Positions 59,267-64,000 of a stretch of DNA of 64,000 bases are shown here, piece after piece. Each line of letters starts with the position of its first letter. Position 1 is the first letter of the stretch. The notes beneath the pieces are model-generated. The model had not been told where the DNA came from and searched no databases. It saw nothing but the letters and a program-made list of their open reading frames with translations. The translations under genes and the position numbers were made by a program. Origin of the DNA: Candidatus Multivoradales bacterium (lineage in GTDB: Bacteria > Acidobacteriota > Thermoanaerobaculia > Multivoradales > Multivoraceae); contig CBDCWI010000002.1 in the NCBI GenBank assembly GCA_965223325.1, positions 2,080,001 through 2,144,000 on the forward strand, written 5' to 3'.

Positions 59267-61663
59267 ATGCCGCCGATTCTGGACGATCTGCGCTACTCCA
59301 TTCAGTCCCTGAGACGCTCACCTGGCTTCTTTGCCACGGTCGTCTTCACCCTCGCCCTCGGCGTGGGAGGCACGGTAGCCATCTACACTTTTGTAAGGGG
59401 TGTCCTGCTGCGACCGCTGCCGATCGAGCAGGCCGAACGGCTGGTGATGGTCTGCGAGTCCCATCCCGATCGACCCGACGGGTGCGGCGCGGCACCCGGC
59501 AACCTGTGGGACATGCAGAAGAGTAGGACTCTCTCTTCAGTAGGCCTCGGTCGCAGCTGGAACTTCGGCCTGAAGTCTGAGGACGGGCGCTCCGAGGGGG
59601 TGAGGGGTGGGGTCGCAACCGTCGGGCTTTTCGACACCTTCCTGGTGGAGCCTCTGCTTGGTCGTCTGTTCGAGCGCACGGACCACCTCTCCGGCGGAGA
59701 TCAAGTCGTTCTACTCAGCCATTCCTTGTGGAGTCGTCGCTTCGGCGGCCAAGAAGACATCGTCGGAAGCCTGATCGATCTGGATGAGGAGCCCTACCGC
59801 GTCATCGGCGTTTTGCCAGAAGGCTTCGCCGTCCCCTTCCTGGAGGAAACTGAACTCTGGATCGCGCTGTGGGCGAGTCGAGCCGATTGGCGTGACTGGC
59901 GTGGCCTCCGTCCCTACGGCCGCCTCGCCGATGGTGTGACCCTCGAACAGGCCCAGGCCGAGCTTGGAAGTCTCGCAGAGGCACTGGCCGAGCGTTACCC
60001 CGAATCGAACAGCGAGTGGGGGTTCGAGGTCAGAGATCTCCATCAGGAGATGGTGGCGTCAGTGAAAGCCCCCCTCCTTGTCTTCCTGGGCGCGGTCGGC
60101 CTAGTACTCGTCATCGCCTGCATCAACACCGCGATTCTGCTGCTGGTACGAAGTTCCGCACTGGAACGCGAGCTTGCGATGCGACTGGCCCTCGGCGCCG
60201 GTCGGGGTCGGCTTCTGGCCCTATTGCTCAACCAGAGTCTGGTGTTGGCCCTGGCCGGCGGTGCCCTGGGTGTTGGCCTTGCATCACTCACCGTTCGACT
60301 CTTCACGCGGCTAGCCCCAGTGGGGTTTCCGCGTCTCGAGAATGTAGAACTCGACGGTGCGATCATTGCGTTTGCGATCCTCCTCTCGCTCTTCGCGACG
60401 CTTCTGGCCGGACTCGCGCCAGCCTGGAAGGCCAGCCGATGCGATCCTTCGGTCCTACTTCGAGCAGCTGGTCGAACGATCTCGAGCCGGCGCACTCGGA
60501 GCACAATGGTGATCGCTGAGGTGGCGCTCGCTACCATGTTGCTTGTCGGGGCCGGGCTCCTCGCGCGCAGCTTCCTCAATCTCGTCGAATGGCAGCCCGG
60601 CTTCGAGACTGAGCGCGTGATCACGTTCAACGTCTTCCCACCACTGGGCAAGTACTCTGAGCGTGCCCAGTTGGTGGCGATCTACCAGCGGATCAACCAG
60701 GAGCTGTCGTCACTGCCTGGAGTCGTGTCTGTTGGCGAGGTGTCGGCAGGCCCGCTCTTCGGTGGCGGCGACGGCGCGAGCGGCTTCCGTATCGAAGGCC
60801 GACCCGAACCAGCGCCCGGTACAGGTCCGCTGGTTCACTGGTACGACTGCGGTCCGAACTACTTCGCCACTCTTGGAATTCCGCTCGTGCGCGGGCGAGC
60901 GTTCGGCTCAGAGGACCGAGCGGGCGCACCGCTGGTCGCGGTCGTCAACGAAACGATGGCAAATCGACACTGGCCGGAAAGTGACCCGCTGGGAGAACGG
61001 GTTTTCGTCGAGACGCACCAGGACTGGTTCGAAATCGTCGGGGTCGTCGCCGACACCGATCCCTTCGACCCTCGCACTCCAATCCAGCCCGAGATCTACT
61101 GGCCGCTCGCACAAGTCGTTCGAGGAGCCACCTATTACGCCGTGCGGGTCTCGGACGACCCTGACGGGGTGGTTCCCTCGATCGAGCAACGCCTCCTACA
61201 GATCGAACCCGATCTCTCTGTTGGCCAGCCGACGACCTTGATCGATCGGATGGACCGACAGCTGGTCCTGCCGCGTTTCCAGATGTGGCTTCTCGGCCTG
61301 TTCGCAGCCGTCGCCCTTACCGTCGCGATGGTAGGCATCTATGGCGTGACTTCCTTCGCAGTCGTCCAGCGGACTCGAGAGCTGGGGATCCGAATGGCGC
61401 TTGGTGCGCACCCCGAGCAGTTGCGCCTCGCCCTTGTACGCGGCGCCCTCTTCACGACCGCGTTGGGTGTCCTGTTGGGGCTTACCATCGGTCTCGGTCT
61501 CAGTCGCTTTCTCAGCAGCATGCTGGTCGAAGTGTCGAGGAACGACCCGACCACCCTCGCTCTGGTGGTCGCGACCCTCTTTGCTACCACCCTGGCCGCC
61601 GCCTCCATTCCAGCTCGCCGGGCAACCCGCATTGAGCCGACGGCCTGTCTTCGCGAGGAGTAA
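59267..61663 (+). CDS. ADOP-type ABC permease
   Basis: DLRYSIQSLRRSPGF, TLALGVGG, RELAMRLALGAGR, RTRELGIRMALGA, PARRATRIEP. Confidence 0.93.
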   Translation: MPPILDDLRYSIQSLRRSPGFFATVVFTLALGVGGTVAIYTFVRGVLLRPLPIEQAERLVMVCESHPDRPDGCGAAPGNLWDMQKSRTLSSVGLGRSWNFGLKSEDGRSEGVRGGVATVGLFDTFLVEPLLGRLFERTDHLSGGDQVVLLSHSLWSRRFGGQEDIVGSLIDLDEEPYRVIGVLPEGFAVPFLEETELWIALWASRADWRDWRGLRPYGRLADGVTLEQAQAELGSLAEALAERYPESNSEWGFEVRDLHQEMVASVKAPLLVFLGAVGLVLVIACINTAILLLVRSSALERELAMRLALGAGRGRLLALLLNQSLVLALAGGALGVGLASLTVRLFTRLAPVGFPRLENVELDGAIIAFAILLSLFATLLAGLAPAWKASRCDPSVLLRAAGRTISSRRTRSTMVIAEVALATMLLVGAGLLARSFLNLVEWQPGFETERVITFNVFPPLGKYSERAQLVAIYQRINQELSSLPGVVSVGEVSAGPLFGGGDGASGFRIEGRPEPAPGTGPLVHWYDCGPNYFATLGIPLVRGRAFGSEDRAGAPLVAVVNETMANRHWPESDPLGERVFVETHQDWFEIVGVVADTDPFDPRTPIQPEIYWPLAQVVRGATYYAVRVSDDPDGVVPSIEQRLLQIEPDLSVGQPTTLIDRMDRQLVLPRFQMWLLGLFAAVALTVAMVGIYGVTSFAVVQRTRELGIRMALGAHPEQLRLALVRGALFTTALGVLLGLTIGLGLSRFLSSMLVEVSRNDPTTLALVVATLFATTLAAASIPARRATRIEPTACLREE

Positions 61664-61744
61664 AAAGCGCCGTCCCGGGCTTCGGGGGCGAATCAGAGGC
61701 GACGTCCAGGTTGTGGCCACAGTCAGCCAGATGAAGAGAGGGCT

Positions 61745-62005
61745 ATGAGGACTGCGCTAGTGTCGAAAAATGCGGCCCGGCCCGGCAAAGCGACACAGTA
61801 CCCCCCCCAACTCTCGCGGCGCATGCTTCTGCGCGGAGCTGCCGCCGGCGTTTCTCTCATGACCTTCGGCGGTGCTCGGAGCGCCCGACCCGACGAGCCG
61901 ATCCGGCTCGTGCTGGACGCGGATCCGGCGATGGGGACCTTCGGCGGCGATCCCGAAGACTCCTTTGCCATCATGCTGGCCCTCCATTCGGGGATGGACC
62001 TCTGA
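61745..62005 (+). pseudogene. N-terminal fragment of a Tat-exported inosine/uridine nucleoside hydrolase
   Basis: SRRMLL Tat motif, then RLVLDADPAMG...DPEDSFAIMLALHS (IUNH Asp-rich motif) and a premature end. Confidence 0.6.
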
Positions 62006-62021
62006 CCCGCTGGAGACGAAC

Positions 62022-62456
62022 ATGAGCAAACGGTTCCCGACACAAGAAGACATCGACGCCTTCCTCGAAGAGCCCCGGCTCGCCATGCTTCTCTATCGCG
62101 GCTCACGGCCCGCCCCCACCGGAGTGCCCGTCTGGTTCGACTGGAACGGCGAGGTCGTGCGCATGTTCAGCGGCCGGACCAGCCAGAAGGTACGGTACCT
62201 GAAAGACGATCTCAACGCGTCGGTACCCGTGACCAACCGCGTCGGCGAACCGGAAGGCTGGGTGGCCTTCGACGGTGAGATCGAAGTTGGCGACTTCACT
62301 CCCGAGGAGTGGAGGGAGCTGATCGACATGGTCGCTCCTCGCTACTGGGATCTCTCGATCTCGGACTACGCAGAGACCATCGACCAGTGGCGCTCGGCTC
62401 CCGAGATGTTCATCTCGATGCGTCTCGTGCCGACCGCGATTCGCTCCGGCGCCTGA
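62022..62456 (+). CDS. Pyridoxamine 5'-phosphate oxidase-like (PPOX/FMN-binding split barrel) protein
   Basis: Start re-set to the ATG at 62022 after GGAG; IDAFLEEPRLAML, PVWFDWNG, QKVRYL. Confidence 0.8.
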   Translation: MSKRFPTQEDIDAFLEEPRLAMLLYRGSRPAPTGVPVWFDWNGEVVRMFSGRTSQKVRYLKDDLNASVPVTNRVGEPEGWVAFDGEIEVGDFTPEEWRELIDMVAPRYWDLSISDYAETIDQWRSAPEMFISMRLVPTAIRSGA

Positions 62457-62531
62457 GAACGAGATCCCACCCACTCCGCCAAGAAAGTTCGGTGCCGGGT
62501 ACTTCGGCAGACTCGGATATCTCGTGTCGAG

Positions 62532-62932
62532 CTACGTGGCAACCCAGTTACTTGAGGGAAGGACTACAGGAATCACAGTCTGCCGACCTGCCCGGCACCG
62601 CCTCTTTTCCACGAGGTGCTGAGGGTGGAGGTCGGTGCCGCCACTACCATCGGGCTCGAGGTCGAACTGGACGTAGTTGTCGAATAGTTCAGGGCGAAGC
62701 GGCTCGGCGGCACCTTCTCGAGGACTGGACAGGGCCCAGCTTCTCCCTTCCCGAAGACGATCAAGATCCCTTCGTCGTTCTCCACCGTCGATTCGGCCCA
62801 GAGGTGGGCACGGCCTGCGTCGGTTGTCACGGCCTCGAATGCCCGTTCGGGGCTCGAGGCCAGGTGAAGCCGCCAGACGATAGTTTCGGTCGTGGTCTCC
62901 GTCGTGGTGTCTGGGGCGTCGGTCGAGGGCAT
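62532..62932 (-). pseudogene. SRPBCC/AHSA1-like protein, frameshifted
   Basis: IVWRLHLASSPERAF...LWAES...PPSRFAL, continuing in another frame as LFDNYVQFDLEPDGSGGTDL. Confidence 0.6.
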
Positions 62933-62983
62933 GGCCGCAGTCTACCTTCCGCGACTCAGCGTCCTTCGTGTTCGGGTCTTGCG

Positions 62984-64000
62984 TCAGAAGCAACGCTGCG
63001 AAGCGATCGCTGCCCCTTCGACCAGCGAGGCCAGTTTCGCCCACGCCACCTCCTCGGCGACGTCACGGAAGCCGGCCGAGGTCTCGAAGCCGCAGTCCGT
63101 CCCGGCGATCACCCGCCTTGGATCACCCAGCTTCTCGGCGACGCGCTCGATTCGATCAGCGACGACCTCGGGGTGCTCGACGTAGTTCGAGGTCGTGTCG
63201 ATGACACCGGCAACGATCACCAGGTCGGCGGGCAGCGACGACGATGCGAGCAGGCGCACCTCGTGGGCATGTCTGGGATTCGCCAGCGCCAGCATCAGCG
63301 CTCCGACCGGTGCTTTCTCCAGGCTCGGCAAAATGGTTGCCAGCTCCACGTCACAGTCGTGGGGGCCGTCGTAGTTGCCCCAGCAGACGTGCATGCGCAC
63401 TCGGTCTTTCGGAACCCCCTCGAGGGAAGCGCCCAGGGTGGCAATGACCTTGTCGGCGAACGCGACGAACTCTTCGTCCGACCGTTCGCCGAAATAGGCG
63501 TGACGCTCCATCGCGAGATCGGGACAGTCGAGCTGCAGAAGGTGTCCGGCGTCGACGATCGCCTGATATTCGACTCGAAGAGCTCGTCCGAGTGCGTCGA
63601 TGTAGGCGTCGAGGTCGTCGTAGAAGACATTCTCCATCGCGGCAGCGATGATGCCGGGTGAAGGGGCGGTGACGAAGGTCTCGATGAAGCCGGGCGCCAA
63701 CTCGTCGAGAAGGCTCTGAAACTCTTTCAGCTCCCGGTCGAGCGGCTCGCGATTCGTGTACGTCACCTCTCCTCGAGCCTGCGGAGCTGCGGTAAGACTC
63801 ACGCTATCGCCATAGCCTCCGAGCTTGAGCTCGAGCCAGGACGGATATTGCACCATGTCCTGGAAAGGCGGTCGGTTGCTCGTACCCGAGTAACCGGTCA
63901 TCCGGTGTTGCACGTAGGTGAAGAAGCTCTCGCGCGCCTGTTCGCCGTTGTTGGCGATATCGATGCCGACCTCGCGTTGGCGTTCGATCACCGCGCGAGT
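62984..64000 (-). CDS. Cobalamin-independent methionine synthase II family protein (5' end outside window)
   Basis: NNGEQ, LQLDCPDLAM, HVCWGNYDGPH, EHPEVVA, GTDCGF, WAKL. Confidence 0.9.
   Translation of the reverse strand, partial: TRAVIERQREVGIDIANNGEQARESFFTYVQHRMTGYSGTSNRPPFQDMVQYPSWLELKLGGYGDSVSLTAAPQARGEVTYTNREPLDRELKEFQSLLDELAPGFIETFVTAPSPGIIAAAMENVFYDDLDAYIDALGRALRVEYQAIVDAGHLLQLDCPDLAMERHAYFGERSDEEFVAFADKVIATLGASLEGVPKDRVRMHVCWGNYDGPHDCDVELATILPSLEKAPVGALMLALANPRHAHEVRLLASSSLPADLVIVAGVIDTTSNYVEHPEVVADRIERVAEKLGDPRRVIAGTDCGFETSAGFRDVAEEVAWAKLASLVEGAAIASQRCF

Noticed and set aside
62003-62050. Selenocysteine read-through of the nucleoside hydrolase fragment's TGA
   Set aside because: No SECIS-like hairpin; the downstream frame has no hydrolase similarity and overlaps a different gene with its own SD.
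1714-63661. Numerous long overlapping ORFs (e.g. 1714-3153, 16419-17804, 20357-21682, 29385-30629, 62309-63661)
   Set aside because: Antisense or alternate-frame shadows of well-supported genes in high-GC DNA.
1-64000. tRNA (including selC) or rRNA genes
   Set aside because: None recognised by eye. A tRNAscan-SE/Infernal run is needed to exclude them formally.

Overview
GC-rich bacterial chromosome segment. The marker features point to Acidobacteriota, probably class Thermoanaerobaculia (inference): ADOP-type orphan ABC permeases with PadR, repeated LCL-x-xGRFxVEVxW domains and a C-terminal FADGxExG motif. Bases 1-30.6 kb are mostly intact housekeeping/accessory genes: creD (with an in-frame TAG), AraC, iorAB-like genes, O-antigen ligase, asnB, GST, MFS, a beta-helix protein, an M12 protease, a GH3-serine hydrolase fusion, an SSS symporter, DPP-III and glcB. 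This part also holds an unexplained 201-bp x ~6.8 tandem array. Bases 30.7-46.7 kb and 57-63 kb are a mobile-element-scarred mosaic: an HUH/RAYT-like transposase between 21-bp inverted repeats, three IS91/ISCR-like remnants, an IS630-like MITE, toxin-antitoxin remnants and many gene fragments. Bases 46.7-57.1 kb are a TetR / TonB receptor / acyl-CoA ligase / CocE hydrolase / carboxylase catabolic module. The best discovery candidate is at 32594-34693. Two ORFs there are one reading frame broken by a single in-frame UGA (33053-33055), followed immediately by a hairpin resembling the E. coli fdhF SECIS (GGUC apical loop, unpaired U at +17). This predicts a 699-aa secreted selenoprotein: an unrecognised Sec-containing N-terminal domain, two Calx-beta domains and two lineage-specific repeats.
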